The notes under the pieces are model-generated. The model saw only the letters and a program-made list of their open reading frames with translations. It was not told the origin of the DNA and searched no databases. A stretch of DNA of 64,000 nucleotides, taken from positions 5,594-69,593 of the forward strand of contig CAYXKD010000001.1 of NCBI GenBank assembly GCA_964464625.1, read 5' to 3'. Of this stretch, positions 11,099 through 21,956 are shown one piece after another. The DNA comes from an uncultured Syntrophomonadaceae bacterium (GTDB taxonomy: Bacteria; Bacillota; Dethiobacteria; DTU022). The position numbers and the translations under genes are program-made. Positions within the stretch are counted from its first letter, which is position 1; every line of letters begins with the position of its first letter.

Positions 11099-12973
11099 TC
11101 ACAAATGCAGTTCCCGGTAGATTCGTTCCGCCAATGCCCCGCTGATACCAGGGACAGAGACCAGATCTTTCAGGGAGGCGCGGTAGAGCTGTTCCAGACT
11201 GCCGAAGTGATTCAGCAGTGCAGCCCGGCGCTGCGGACCGATACCGGGGATCTCCTCCAGCCTGGAACTGGTGGCTTTTTGTCTATGCAGGCGGCGGTGA
11301 TAGTCAATGGCAAAGCGGTGCGCCTCATCGCGGATCCGCTGCAGCAGCTGCAGCAATGTGCTACTCGCCGGCAGGAGTAGCGGTGTTTTCTCTCCTTCGA
11401 GAAAAATACGGTCGGGGTTTTCAGCAAGCGCCAGCAGAGTCATTTCAGACAGTTCCGCCTGTTGCAGGGCTTTCCGGGCTGCGTTAAGCTGCCCCTTGCC
11501 TCCATCGATGAGCATCAAATCCGGCAGGGGCCAACTCCGGTGCAGCACCCGCCGCTTCAACACCTCCTGCAGAGCGGCGTAGTCATCCCCCGGCAGGGTT
11601 TTCCGCAAATGGAAACGGCGGTAGCCGTCTTTTAAGGGGCGCCCTTCTTCAAATACAACCATTACCCCAACGGCTGCACCGCCGCGCAGGTGGGAAATAT
11701 CATAGCCTTCAATCCGGCGCGGCGTTCCCTTCAGCCCTGCCAGCCTGGACAACTCCTCCAGAGGCAGCAACCCTTGCCGCTCCGCCCGCTCCTGTTCATC
11801 CTGCAGCCTGAGCATCCCGTTACGCAAAGCCAGCTCGACCAGTTTGCGACGGGAACCGCGCTGCGGCACCTTCAGAGTCACCTTCGCCCCCGCCAGCTCT
11901 TTTAACCACTCCTCCAAAATCTCTCCGTCTTCAGGTTTGCTTGAAAGGATGATCTCTTTGGGTGGACGCGCACCGCGACTGTAGTATGACTTAATAAACG
12001 CACCCAGCGCCTCACCGTCGGCAACCTCCGCCGCCGCTTCACCCAGGGGGAAATGCTCCCGGCGGATGAGTTTGCCCTCTCTGACTGCAAATAGATGTAC
12101 CGCTACAGCTTCACCGCAACGCACAAGAGCAAGGATATCCCGATGAACATCCTTCTCCAGCAAGAACACTTTCTGCTGCTGTGAGGCTACACGACGAATC
12201 GCCTGCAGCTGGTCTCGCAGCCGGGCTGCCTCCTCAAATCGCTCATCTCGCGCCGCCTGCTCCATCCTCTCCACGAGCTGCCGCTCCAGGAAACCACGCT
12301 TCCCCTCAAGAAACAGGACTACTTCTCCGACAAGGCGGCTATACTCTTCCGGAGAAACCTCCACTGCACCGCGACAGGGTCCCAAACAACGCTTCATCTG
12401 GAAATTGAGACAGGGACGATCCGCAACAGGTTCTCCTGTGAGATGGCGGCGACAGCGGCGCAGTGGGAATATTTTCCCCAGAAGGCGCACAGTCTTCTGA
12501 ACAGCTCCGGCATCGGTATACGGTCCAAAATAAAGGGCACCGCTTTCCTCATCTTCCCGCTGTTGTTTTGCCCGGCTGCTCTTGCCCGGGCGCCGGCCTT
12601 CTTTTTGCGAAAGGCGCAGGTATTCCAGCCTCGGATAGGGGCCCCCTGTCAGGCGTAGACAAGGATAATCTTTATCATCTTTCAGATCAATATTGTAGCG
12701 GGGCCGGTATTCTTTGATGAGGTTGCACTCAAGGATGAGCGCCTCCACCTCGGAATCAGTGACAATATAGTCAATATCATTCATCTGCTTCTGCAGCGCT
12801 CTGACATTTGGTGGCATGACGCCATTTTCGGCAAGGTACGCACGGACCCGCTGCCTCAGCGAACGAGCTTTTCCCACATAAATGATCCTTTCCACAGCAT
12901 CCTTGATCAGGTAAACGCCTGGACATTCAGGAAAAGAGCTCACTTTTTCAGCAATTTGCGCCAATCTATCCAT
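11099..12973 (-). CDS. uvrC: Excinuclease ABC subunit C
   Basis: GIY-YIG N-terminus (CPGVYLIKD), a UvrBC-interaction region and C-terminal HhH. Confidence 0.95.
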   Translation of the reverse strand: MDRLAQIAEKVSSFPECPGVYLIKDAVERIIYVGKARSLRQRVRAYLAENGVMPPNVRALQKQMNDIDYIVTDSEVEALILECNLIKEYRPRYNIDLKDDKDYPCLRLTGGPYPRLEYLRLSQKEGRRPGKSSRAKQQREDEESGALYFGPYTDAGAVQKTVRLLGKIFPLRRCRRHLTGEPVADRPCLNFQMKRCLGPCRGAVEVSPEEYSRLVGEVVLFLEGKRGFLERQLVERMEQAARDERFEEAARLRDQLQAIRRVASQQQKVFLLEKDVHRDILALVRCGEAVAVHLFAVREGKLIRREHFPLGEAAAEVADGEALGAFIKSYYSRGARPPKEIILSSKPEDGEILEEWLKELAGAKVTLKVPQRGSRRKLVELALRNGMLRLQDEQERAERQGLLPLEELSRLAGLKGTPRRIEGYDISHLRGGAAVGVMVVFEEGRPLKDGYRRFHLRKTLPGDDYAALQEVLKRRVLHRSWPLPDLMLIDGGKGQLNAARKALQQAELSEMTLLALAENPDRIFLEGEKTPLLLPASSTLLQLLQRIRDEAHRFAIDYHRRLHRQKATSSRLEEIPGIGPQRRAALLNHFGSLEQLYRASLKDLVSVPGISGALAERIYRELHL

Positions 12974-13005
12974 AGGCGAGACCTTTCACATGATTTTTAT
13001 TCGGT

Positions 13006-15855
13006 TTAAACCTGTGAGCTGATGCAATTTATTTCTGACGTATTCTGCAAAATCCGGCGCAGCCAGTGACCGGTATATGAGTTCTTTGAAAGGGAAATTT
13101 CCTCGGGTGTGCCTGCAGCAACAACCCGACCTCCCCCTTCACCGCCCTCAGGGCCCAGGTCGATTAGATAGTCGGCCCGCTTGAGCACATCCATGTTGTG
13201 CTCAATCACCACCACCGTATTTCCTGAATCTACAAGCCTCTCCAGGATGAGCAGCAATTTGCTGATATCGGCCAGGTGCAGCCCCGTAGTCGGCTCATCA
13301 AGAATGTAAAGTGTCCGTCCATTGCTGCGCCTGGATAGCTCTGTAGCTAGTTTCACCCGCTGGGCTTCACCGCCTGAGAGCGTAGTTGCAGGTTGCCCCA
13401 GTTGAATGTAGCCTAGCCCTACGTCATCAATAAGCTGCAGCCGGCGCTGGAGTTTCGGGATGGCACTGAAAAACTCCAGTGCCTCGGACACTGTCATAGC
13501 CAGAACATCGGCAATGTTTTTCCCTTTGTAAAGCACCTCCAGCGTTTCGCGGTTGTAACGTTTACTACGGCAGACTTCACAAGGCACATAAACATCAGGC
13601 AGGAAATGCATCTCAATGCGCAGGATGCCGTCGCCCCTGCAGGCTTCACACCGACCGCCCTTAACATTGAAACTAAAGCGGCCAGGACGGTAACCGCGCC
13701 GCCGTGCTTCAGGCGTTTGGGCAAAAAGTTCGCGAATATCGCCAAAGAGCCCCGTGTAGGTTGCCGGATTGGAGCGTGGTGTCCGCCCTATGGGTGACTG
13801 GTCCACCACGATAACTTTATCAAGGTGCTCCACACCCTCAATGACACGATGAGCGCCGGCTTGTTCGCGGGAACGGTGCAGGAGCCGCCCCAGAGCGCGG
13901 GCAAGGATTTCGTTTATCAGAGTGCTTTTACCGGAACCGGAAACCCCCGAAACACAGACAAGAAGGCCCAGGGGAATCTCGACGTCTATATCTTTAAGAT
14001 TGTGTTCCCCCGCTCCCCTGATCCAAAGACTACGCTCGCCCACCTTGCGCCGCTGCAGCGGCAGGGGGATGGATTTTCGCCCGGCCAGATAGTCTCCTGT
14101 GATGGAACCGGAGGTGGAGGTGATCTCGGAAAGCGTTCCCTGAGCCACTATTTTGCCGCCACGAGCCCCGGCGCCGGGTCCGATATCGACAATATGGTCT
14201 GCAGCACGAATGGTCCCCTCATCATGCTCCACGACAATCACAGTATTTCCCAGGTCGCGCAGCTTCTTCAGGGTCTCGAGCAGCCGGGCATTGTCCCGCA
14301 GATGTAGCCCAATACTGGGCTCATCAAGTATATAGATCACCCCGGTAAGGCCCGAACCGATCTGAGTGGCCAGGCGAATGCGTTGCGCCTCTCCGCCAGA
14401 AAGTGTTGCTGCAGCCCGGTCCAGAGTAAGGTACTGTAATCCCACATTGTTCAAAAACTGGAGCCTTTCCACAATCTCCTTCAGCACCTGTCTACCAATC
14501 CAGGCCTCGCGTGACGTCAGTTCAAGCTGTTGAAAGTAGCGCAGCGCATGGGCAACGGTAAAGGCGGAAACCTCGGCAATATTGAGGCCTTTCAGGAGAA
14601 CAGCCAGGCTGGACTCTTTCAGGCGCATCCCGCGACAGGCAGGACAGGGCTTTATCTCCATGTAACGCGCCAGATCCTGACGTGTCTCTTCCGATTCGCT
14701 GTTGGCATAGCGCCGCTGCAACAGGTTCAGAACGCCGGGAAAGGACTTGCGGTAATTCCGCACCCTTCCAAACATATTCACATACCGGAAAGGCAGCGCC
14801 TCGGGGGATCCATAAAGGAGCAACTCCTTCTCTTTCTGATCCAGCCGGTCAAAGGGGGTGTCAAGATCAATTTGAAAATGGTGCGCCGCAGCCTCCAGGA
14901 ACTGACGATAATATCCGGAGCGGCCTGACCAGGGATGAATCGCTCCTTCATTGATGGTTAGATTGGGATAGGGAACCACCAGTTCCCCGGAGAATTCGGC
15001 CCGCACCCCCAGACCGCTGCATTCGGGGCAGGCACCGTAAGGACTATTAAAAGAGAAAGCCCGGGGGGTGAGCTCCTCAAAACTGAAGCCGCATTCGGGG
15101 CAGGCGAAACGTTCACTAAACATCTGCTCGCCTCCCTCCACCTCCTGAACCAGGACCAGTCCTTCACTGAGTTTTAGAGCGGTCTCCAGGGAATCTGCCA
15201 GGCGGGATTCCACATTTTTTCGCATCACCAGGCGGTCAACAATCACCTCGATGGTATGTTTTTTTTGTTTGTCCAGGAGAATCTCTTCCTCCAGCTCACG
15301 AACCTCACCATCAACGCGAACACGGACATAACCGCAGCGCTGCATCTCCTCGAAAAGCCGTGCATACTCGCCCTTACGGCCCCGCACCAGGGGGGCCAGT
15401 ATCTGCAGGCGCGTCCCTGCGGGAAGCTCCATGACCTGATCGACAATCTGCTGGACCGTTTGCCTGCTGATGGGCCGCCGGCAATGGGGGCAATGGGGCC
15501 GTCCGATACGGGCAAAAAGTAGCCGCAGGTAGTCGTAAATCTCGGTGACAGTACCCACAGTGGAACGGGGATTACGCGATGCTGTCTTCTGATCAATAGA
15601 GATGGCGGGCGAAAGCCCTTCGATCTGATCCACATCAGGCTTCTCCATCTGGCCCAAAAACTGGCGCGCATAGGCAGAAAGTGATTCCACGTAGCGCCGC
15701 TGACCCTCCGCATAAATTGTATCAAAGGCCAGCGATGACTTGCCCGATCCACTCAAACCGGTAAACACAATTAGGCGGTTCCGCGGCAGGACCAGATCGA
15801 TATTTTTCAGATTGTGCTCCCTGGCACCACGTATGACAATGTTTCCTTCCGTCAA
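13006..15855 (-). CDS. uvrA: Excinuclease ABC subunit A
   Basis: 949 aa, two ABC ATPase modules and zinc fingers. N-terminus [16 protein letters not shown]. Confidence 0.95.
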   Translation of the reverse strand: MTEGNIVIRGAREHNLKNIDLVLPRNRLIVFTGLSGSGKSSLAFDTIYAEGQRRYVESLSAYARQFLGQMEKPDVDQIEGLSPAISIDQKTASRNPRSTVGTVTEIYDYLRLLFARIGRPHCPHCRRPISRQTVQQIVDQVMELPAGTRLQILAPLVRGRKGEYARLFEEMQRCGYVRVRVDGEVRELEEEILLDKQKKHTIEVIVDRLVMRKNVESRLADSLETALKLSEGLVLVQEVEGGEQMFSERFACPECGFSFEELTPRAFSFNSPYGACPECSGLGVRAEFSGELVVPYPNLTINEGAIHPWSGRSGYYRQFLEAAAHHFQIDLDTPFDRLDQKEKELLLYGSPEALPFRYVNMFGRVRNYRKSFPGVLNLLQRRYANSESEETRQDLARYMEIKPCPACRGMRLKESSLAVLLKGLNIAEVSAFTVAHALRYFQQLELTSREAWIGRQVLKEIVERLQFLNNVGLQYLTLDRAAATLSGGEAQRIRLATQIGSGLTGVIYILDEPSIGLHLRDNARLLETLKKLRDLGNTVIVVEHDEGTIRAADHIVDIGPGAGARGGKIVAQGTLSEITSTSGSITGDYLAGRKSIPLPLQRRKVGERSLWIRGAGEHNLKDIDVEIPLGLLVCVSGVSGSGKSTLINEILARALGRLLHRSREQAGAHRVIEGVEHLDKVIVVDQSPIGRTPRSNPATYTGLFGDIRELFAQTPEARRRGYRPGRFSFNVKGGRCEACRGDGILRIEMHFLPDVYVPCEVCRSKRYNRETLEVLYKGKNIADVLAMTVSEALEFFSAIPKLQRRLQLIDDVGLGYIQLGQPATTLSGGEAQRVKLATELSRRSNGRTLYILDEPTTGLHLADISKLLLILERLVDSGNTVVVIEHNMDVLKRADYLIDLGPEGGEGGGRVVAAGTPEEISLSKNSYTGHWLRRILQNTSEINCISSQV

Positions 15856-15872
15856 TTTTTTACCCCGTTTCT

Positions 15873-17885
15873 TTAGCGTTTTCCCCGCCGGGCTGCCTTG
15901 CTCAAGGGGGCAGTCCCCTGATCCAGCTCGAAGATAAGATCCCGCAGCTCTGCAGCCCTCTCAAAAGCCAGCTCTTTTGAAGCCTGCTGCATCTTCCGGC
16001 GCAGCCCCCTGACCATCTCCCGGCGCTGCTGTGGATCCAGCCTGCCGGGATCTTCAGGCAGATACTTTTCTTCTTCCTCGGCAGCAACGGTAGCCGCGAT
16101 TAAGCCGCGCACAGGCTTGACAATGGTGCGCGGTGTAATTCCATGTTCCTTGTTGTAGGCCAGCTGTTTGCGCCGCCGCCTCTCTGTCTCGTCAATGGCC
16201 CGCCGCATTGACGGTGTGATCTCTCCGGCATACATGATCACCCTGCCGGCACTGTTACGGGCGGTCCGCCCTATGGTCTGGATGAGAGAGCGATCTGAAC
16301 GGAGAAAGCCCTCCTTATCGGCATCAAATATAGCTACCAATGAGACTTCAGGCAGGTCGAGCCCTTCCCGGAGCAGGTTAATCCCGATAAGAACGTCAAA
16401 TTCACCCAGGCGCAGCCCTCTGATGATGGACATCCGCTCAAGGGCATCGATATCAGAGTGCATATAGCGCACCTTTATCCCCATCTCGCGATAGTAATCG
16501 GTAAGATCTTCGGCCATCCGCTTGGTCATCGTTGTCACCAGAACTCTCTCTTCAGCTTCAGCGCGAATGCGGATCTCGCCGTAAAGATCGTCCACCTGTC
16601 CTGCTGCCGGGCGCACCTCCACCACAGGATCCACAAGACCGGTGGGACGGATGATCTGCTCAACCACGCCGTCGCTGTGCTCCAGTTCCCAGGGACCGGG
16701 TGTCGCAGAGACGAAAATTGTCTGGCCGATAAGGTTTTCGAATTCATCAAAGCGCAGCGGGCGGTTGTCCAGTGCCGAGGGTAGGCGAAAACCATGATCT
16801 ACCAGAGTGCTTTTCCTAGATAGATCTCCGCGGTACATCCCGTTAATCTGAGGGATAGTAATATGGGATTCATCAATTACAAGCAGGAAATCGGGAGGAA
16901 AATAGTCGAGCAGCGTCCAGGGGCGGCTGCCCGGTAAGCGGCCGTCAAGATGACGGGAGTAGTTCTCAATCCCCGAACAGAAACCGATTTCCTGGATCAT
17001 CTCCAGGTCAAAGCGGGTTCGCTGCTCGAGCCGCTGCGCCTCCAATAGTTTGCCCGCCGCCCTGAGTTCAGCCAGACGCTGCCCAAGCTCCTCCTCTATG
17101 GAGGCTGCGGCCTTTATAAGCTGCTCGGGCGCCGTCACATAGTGAGTAGCCGGAAATATTGCCGCATGGTTGCGCTCACCCAGTACCCTGCCTGTTAGAA
17201 GATCAATCTCACGCAGGCGATCGATTTCATCGCCGAAAAATTCCACACGCAGGGCTGCTTCGCCATAGGAAGCGGGAACTATTTCAATAACATCGCCGCG
17301 CACCCGGAAGGTGCCCCGGTGTAGATCAATCTCGTTCCTATCGTAGTGTATATCCACCAATGCGCTGATAACATCGTCGCGATCCAGAAGCATCCCCGGC
17401 CGGAGCGAAAGCAGCTGCCGCCGGTATTCCTGCGGAGAGCCGAGGCCGTAGATGCAGGATACACTTGCCACGATGATCACATCACGGCGCTCCAGCAGGG
17501 CGCTGGTAGCCGAGTGACGCAGCTTGTCGATCTCATCATTGATAGAGGAATCTTTCTCAATATAGGTGTCGCTCTGCGGCAGATAGGCTTCAGGCTGATA
17601 ATAATCATAGTAGCTGATAAAGTACTCTACCGCATTTTCAGGAAAAAATTCCTTAAATTCGCTGCACAGCTGGGCTGCAAGGATTTTGTTAGGCGCAATC
17701 ACCAGGGCAGGCCGCTGCAGTTCTTTGATCACATTGGCAATGGTATAGGTCTTGCCGGAACCAGTCACCCCCAAAAGTGTCTGGTAGGAGCGCCCAGCCT
17801 GAAGATCCCTCAGCAGGGCGGTGATAGCCCCCGGCTGATCGCCGGAGGGACTAAAGTCTGCTTTGAGTTTGAATTCTCCTGACAT
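15873..17885 (-). CDS. uvrB: Excinuclease ABC subunit B
   Basis: [18 protein letters not shown]-terminus, helicase motifs and a C-terminal UVR domain. Start set at the MSGEF Met. Confidence 0.95.
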   Translation of the reverse strand: MSGEFKLKADFSPSGDQPGAITALLRDLQAGRSYQTLLGVTGSGKTYTIANVIKELQRPALVIAPNKILAAQLCSEFKEFFPENAVEYFISYYDYYQPEAYLPQSDTYIEKDSSINDEIDKLRHSATSALLERRDVIIVASVSCIYGLGSPQEYRRQLLSLRPGMLLDRDDVISALVDIHYDRNEIDLHRGTFRVRGDVIEIVPASYGEAALRVEFFGDEIDRLREIDLLTGRVLGERNHAAIFPATHYVTAPEQLIKAAASIEEELGQRLAELRAAGKLLEAQRLEQRTRFDLEMIQEIGFCSGIENYSRHLDGRLPGSRPWTLLDYFPPDFLLVIDESHITIPQINGMYRGDLSRKSTLVDHGFRLPSALDNRPLRFDEFENLIGQTIFVSATPGPWELEHSDGVVEQIIRPTGLVDPVVEVRPAAGQVDDLYGEIRIRAEAEERVLVTTMTKRMAEDLTDYYREMGIKVRYMHSDIDALERMSIIRGLRLGEFDVLIGINLLREGLDLPEVSLVAIFDADKEGFLRSDRSLIQTIGRTARNSAGRVIMYAGEITPSMRRAIDETERRRRKQLAYNKEHGITPRTIVKPVRGLIAATVAAEEEEKYLPEDPGRLDPQQRREMVRGLRRKMQQASKELAFERAAELRDLIFELDQGTAPLSKAARRGKR

Positions 17886-17922
17886 AAGCATAATCTATCT
17901 GTCCCTTCTACCGGCACAATTT

Positions 17923-17931
17923 ATTATAGCA
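17923..17931 (-). promoter_or_regulatory. Extended -10 element (TGCTATAAT) of the uvrBAC promoter
   Basis: TG-n-TATAAT lies about 35 nt upstream of the uvrB start. I did not find a recognisable GAAC-N4-GTTC LexA box. Confidence 0.4.
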
Positions 17932-18016
17932 CAGCGAAATCGTCCTGTTGCAATAATCTTATGCACCGGGATGGCAATATTCCGGATATATCGCGCAAAG
18001 GATTGTTCAGGAATTG

Positions 18017-18601
18017 TTACCCCTGAAAAGCCGTTTTATACCCGCCCAGGGCCTGGAGGGTAAGCATTAGCAGGCCAATGGCAATAAAAAGGAAGGCGGT
18101 GGCTCCTTTCAGCAGCCGGGGAGGAACTTTGGAAAAGAAGCGTCCACCCAGATAAACGGCCAGGGCATGGTTCAAAAACATCGCTGCCATAGCACCGGCG
18201 AATACAGCCACCGGGCGGCCAAAATGGGCGCTCAGGAGCAGGGCTGCCATCATGGTCTTGTCGCCCAGTTCAGCTAAAAAAACCATCGCTGCAGTCTGGT
18301 AAAAACCGGAGCATCCGGCATCAAGACCCTCTGCCGGATCGCGGCGGAACAGCGTAAAAACACCCATGATCACGAAGAAAATACCTGAGGCAACGGCAAT
18401 CACAGCCGCAGGAATAATGGTAGCTACCAGGCCACCAGCCCCCACAGCAAGGACCATCACCAGAGCCAGCCCGGTCATGGCCCCGCCGAGAACCTGTAAC
18501 GGAGGATAACGACAGGCCATGGATAGAGAGACCAGCTGGGTTTTATCGCCAAATTCAGCAACAAAAATGCTGACAAAAGCAGTCGCAACAGCAGCGATCA
18601 A
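18017..18601 (-). CDS. UPF0016 (GDT1/TMEM165/MneA-like) cation transporter
   Basis: Two E-x-G-D-K-T motifs (EFGDKTQ, ELGDKTM) in a 6-TM protein of 194 aa. Confidence 0.75.
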   Translation of the reverse strand: MIAAVATAFVSIFVAEFGDKTQLVSLSMACRYPPLQVLGGAMTGLALVMVLAVGAGGLVATIIPAAVIAVASGIFFVIMGVFTLFRRDPAEGLDAGCSGFYQTAAMVFLAELGDKTMMAALLLSAHFGRPVAVFAGAMAAMFLNHALAVYLGGRFFSKVPPRLLKGATAFLFIAIGLLMLTLQALGGYKTAFQG

Positions 18602-18643
18602 CTGTATTCTCCTTTTTTCAACGCTATGCCCTAATCTAATCTC

Positions 18644-20014
18644 TCAACCGTTTTTATAGCGCTTCCATAAACGACGCAACAGGCTCGATGCAGCAGCGGG
18701 TCGTGCTTGAGCATAGATGGGCGTCTGGCGGGAGGGTGCCGGTATGAGTCCCAATGCGGCCCCCCGGTGCCAGAGAGAGGTTTGTTCCGTCGTTACTGGC
18801 GGTCTATCCCGAAAGGGTAAATCCAGGCTGTTTTTCTCCTCAGGATCACGCTTATTCAGGACAACTGAAATGGCACTGCCCTCCCGAAAACCTTCAAGCA
18901 AAACCATGAAGTAGCTTTCTTCAAGCTGCACCAGAAATTCCACATCGCTGTTCACCTGAGCACCGTTCACCCGGCGGATAAGATCGCCGGTACGAAGTCC
19001 CGCCCGCGCTGCGGCACTATGTGGCAGAACCGCCATCAGGAGAACACCCTCCTGGGTAGACCGGTAGCATGCTGTGCGGGATTGTTCAAGACGGTTTCCA
19101 TAGTGGATCAGCGCTTCGTGTCCCAGGGGAGCAAAAAGCACACCTGCAGGTGCCACCCAGGAATAGAATTCTGATGCCAGGGCTAGTGCGATGAGAATAA
19201 CACTGTATAGGCAGAGAACTCTGGCTGTGCTCACCGATTTTTCACGTGGGGAGGAGGAGAGAGCAAGATCGGAAAACCCCAGCGCAGCCATGGCGGGAAA
19301 AGCCAGGTACTGCAGCGTCTGCCCCGGCTCCAATTCCATGACCGGCTTGATGAGGGGCCACCAGTCAGGCATGCTCACACCCTGGATCTCAGTCTCCAGG
19401 ACCACTGTGGCAACCAGAGCAGCCAGGGGAATGGGCCAGAAACGCTGCAGGCTAAAAGCGCCGACAACATCACCATCAGCACGCTTAAAGTATAGTGGGC
19501 TGCTCCCCCGGTGACCGCCAAGATATATGAGCAGCGCCTCAATAAGGTGGAGCAGGCCGACGAGCGCAAGCAAAGCAGGAATATGAATCTCAAGCATGGA
19601 GGTCACAAAAGCATACCCGGCCAGAGAGGGAAAAAGCGGCAATAATAAAAAACGTAAAATAAGGACCGCCAGAGCGACAATCCCCCCTGCATAGGCAAAA
19701 CAGAGATAACGGGGATGAATCAGCAGCAACAGCAAAGCCACCGGCCAGATAAAAAGCAGTCCTATCTGTGTCAGTGATAGGCCCAGCAAAAGCATGATCA
19801 GGCTGGCCAGTAATCCCCCCAGAACACCCAATCCGGTAGAAACAGCAACCTGGCGCCCCACAGGATTGATAATCCGGCCAAAGAGTTTCTTCTCCATGCT
19901 GGCAGCGCGGCGGTACTGGAAATAAACAAGCAGCACCACCACCCAGAAAATCGGTAGCGCCTGAATCAGCGTGGCAAGCACTATTTTCCCCAGCTCCAGA
20001 ATAAAGCTGATCAA
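18644..20014 (-). CDS. Polytopic membrane protein with a C-terminal PDZ domain
   Basis: Multiple TM helices and a PDZ-like segment (GLRTGDLIRRVNGAQV). Immediately downstream of ctpA. Confidence 0.55.
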   Translation of the reverse strand: MISFILELGKIVLATLIQALPIFWVVVLLVYFQYRRAASMEKKLFGRIINPVGRQVAVSTGLGVLGGLLASLIMLLLGLSLTQIGLLFIWPVALLLLLIHPRYLCFAYAGGIVALAVLILRFLLLPLFPSLAGYAFVTSMLEIHIPALLALVGLLHLIEALLIYLGGHRGSSPLYFKRADGDVVGAFSLQRFWPIPLAALVATVVLETEIQGVSMPDWWPLIKPVMELEPGQTLQYLAFPAMAALGFSDLALSSSPREKSVSTARVLCLYSVILIALALASEFYSWVAPAGVLFAPLGHEALIHYGNRLEQSRTACYRSTQEGVLLMAVLPHSAAARAGLRTGDLIRRVNGAQVNSDVEFLVQLEESYFMVLLEGFREGSAISVVLNKRDPEEKNSLDLPFRDRPPVTTEQTSLWHRGAALGLIPAPSRQTPIYAQARPAAASSLLRRLWKRYKNG

Positions 20015-21495
20015 CTGCCTTTCACCTCCAGCTCAGGCCAGATCCCGGGTTGCTCTATTAGCTCAACGGCCCGGATCAGCTGTGGATCACGCTCACAAGC
20101 TATGTCTTCAAAGGCCTCCCTGAGTTGAACCCAGGTCAGATCGTCAAACTTACCGCTTGCTTCCAGACCGGCTTCGCTTTGAAATATGCTCAGCGCTGAA
20201 GCAGTAGCTTCATCATAATAACCGTCAAGAGATGGTTCATAGCCCAGTTCCGCCAGCATCTCCTGCAACAACTGAACATCCGATCCGTAGGCACCCCGGG
20301 CGAGAGGACCAGGGAAAAAATAACGATAGTACCTCATCAGCGGAGTCATATCAACTACTATATGGGGTTCCAGGCCTGATCCGTTGATATCTTTACCCGC
20401 GGGTGTAAGATAGTGGGCCACAGTCACCAGCAGAGCATTGCCACCGGTAAGATTTATGAACTGCTGCACCGTAGCTTTACCGTAGCTGTTAACACCGATA
20501 AGCAAAGCAGCTTCCCGATCCTGAAGTGCCCCCGCAAGGATCTCCGCTGCGCTTGCCGTATCTTCGTTGATCAGTACTGCAATGGGATAATCTTTAGCCG
20601 GTATCGCAGAGTGGTAGATGTTTTGAACTTCTTCATCCCGTCCCACAAGACGGGTGATCTCTCCTTCGGGAACAATCAACCTGGCCACCTTGATGGCCTC
20701 CTCAACCTGGCCGCCAGGATTGTCGCGCAGATCAAGAATTAACCCCTTCTTCAAACCATCATTCTCCAGCAGACGCAGCTGCTCCGTAAAAGAAGACCCT
20801 GTATTGCTGTCAAAATTACTGATGCGAATGTAGCCCAGCCCGGGCTGCTCCCAATGTGAGGAAACTGTGTCAATCTTGACCTCATCGCGCACCAGAGTCA
20901 GGTTAAGCTCCTCCTCCCGGCCAGGGCGCTTAATAGAAAGCGTAACGCTGCTCCCTTTTTCTCCACGCAAATTATCAGCGGCATACTCCAGCCCCAGTCC
21001 GGAAAGTTCCCTGTTGCCCGCTCGCATAATGCGATCGCCAGGCATGATCCCGGCCCCTGCTGCGGGACTGTTAGGAATGGTTTCAAAAACAACAATCTCA
21101 CCGCCTGCTTCAATAATGCGCACCCCAATACCGCCAAATGTACCCTTGGTCTGGATCATAAAATTCTCCAGATCCCGGGCATCATAAAATCCGGTACGGG
21201 GATCTTCGACAGCCTCTATCGCTCCGTGAACAGCGCCGCGGACCAGCCTGGATGAATCCAGCGGATAAAGATAGTTTTGCTGCAGCTGTTCAAGCACCTC
21301 TATAAATATATTCCACTCTTCTTCCAAGGATTCCGGCGCCGCCAGATCGCAGTTCCCGCCGGCGCCACCTGACAGGGTCCCTTTGAAGACACCAATGCTA
21401 TAAGCGCCCAGATTGGTCCCAATCAGAAGCAAGAAAAAAAGAAGAGCAACCAACCAGAAGCGTTTCTCTTTCCAGCAGTTTTTTTGATTAGACAA
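20011..21495 (-). CDS. ctpA: C-terminal processing (tail-specific) S41 peptidase with a peptidoglycan-binding domain
   Basis: S41 core with PDZ and a C-terminal PG_binding_1-like repeat. TTG start 9 nt after GGAGGAGG. Confidence 0.85.
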   Translation of the reverse strand: MSNQKNCWKEKRFWLVALLFFLLLIGTNLGAYSIGVFKGTLSGGAGGNCDLAAPESLEEEWNIFIEVLEQLQQNYLYPLDSSRLVRGAVHGAIEAVEDPRTGFYDARDLENFMIQTKGTFGGIGVRIIEAGGEIVVFETIPNSPAAGAGIMPGDRIMRAGNRELSGLGLEYAADNLRGEKGSSVTLSIKRPGREEELNLTLVRDEVKIDTVSSHWEQPGLGYIRISNFDSNTGSSFTEQLRLLENDGLKKGLILDLRDNPGGQVEEAIKVARLIVPEGEITRLVGRDEEVQNIYHSAIPAKDYPIAVLINEDTASAAEILAGALQDREAALLIGVNSYGKATVQQFINLTGGNALLVTVAHYLTPAGKDINGSGLEPHIVVDMTPLMRYYRYFFPGPLARGAYGSDVQLLQEMLAELGYEPSLDGYYDEATASALSIFQSEAGLEASGKFDDLTWVQLREAFEDIACERDPQLIRAVELIEQPGIWPELEVKGS

Positions 21496-21956
21496 ACCCG
21501 CCTGCCTCCTCCACTGAAGGCTTTTAGTTCAAATTCAATTATAACGCCGGCTCGGATAAAAAACCAGCCAGGCGGCGATTTCTTTTACATTCATGAGGGT
21601 AGGAGCGGAATAATGCGGCTAAACTGGAAGGCAGACTTCCTGGTGCATCGTGGGAAAAAACACGCTGCGCAACCGGATGAGTCAAAACCAACGTCATTGA
21701 CTCATCAAATCCCCGGCTCAATTAAAAATAGTCCACAGGATCATTGCGGTAAGCAGGGATGCCATGCAGGCTTTACCCGTAAGAAAGGGCAGCCCAAAAA
21801 TATGCCTCTGAGCACGGCAGCAGCATCGGTCACATCAACATTTACGTCACTGTTTATATCACCATACTTAAAGCTGTTTTCACAGGAAGCAGGTGTGGCC
21901 ATGACAGCTGCGAATCCAAATCGCCTTCTCTCCTGTTCATGGGGATGCTGGCACTA

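Noticed and set aside
17892-18016. LexA/Cheo box (GAAC-N4-GTTC) upstream of uvrB
   Set aside because: Only a half-site-like GAACAATCC is present. I did not find a convincing full site, so none is reported.
18602-18643. Possible yybP-ykoY (Mn) riboswitch upstream of the UPF0016 transporter
   Set aside because: Only 42 nt separate it from the upstream gene. That is too short for the aptamer, and no conserved yybP-ykoY motifs are visible.
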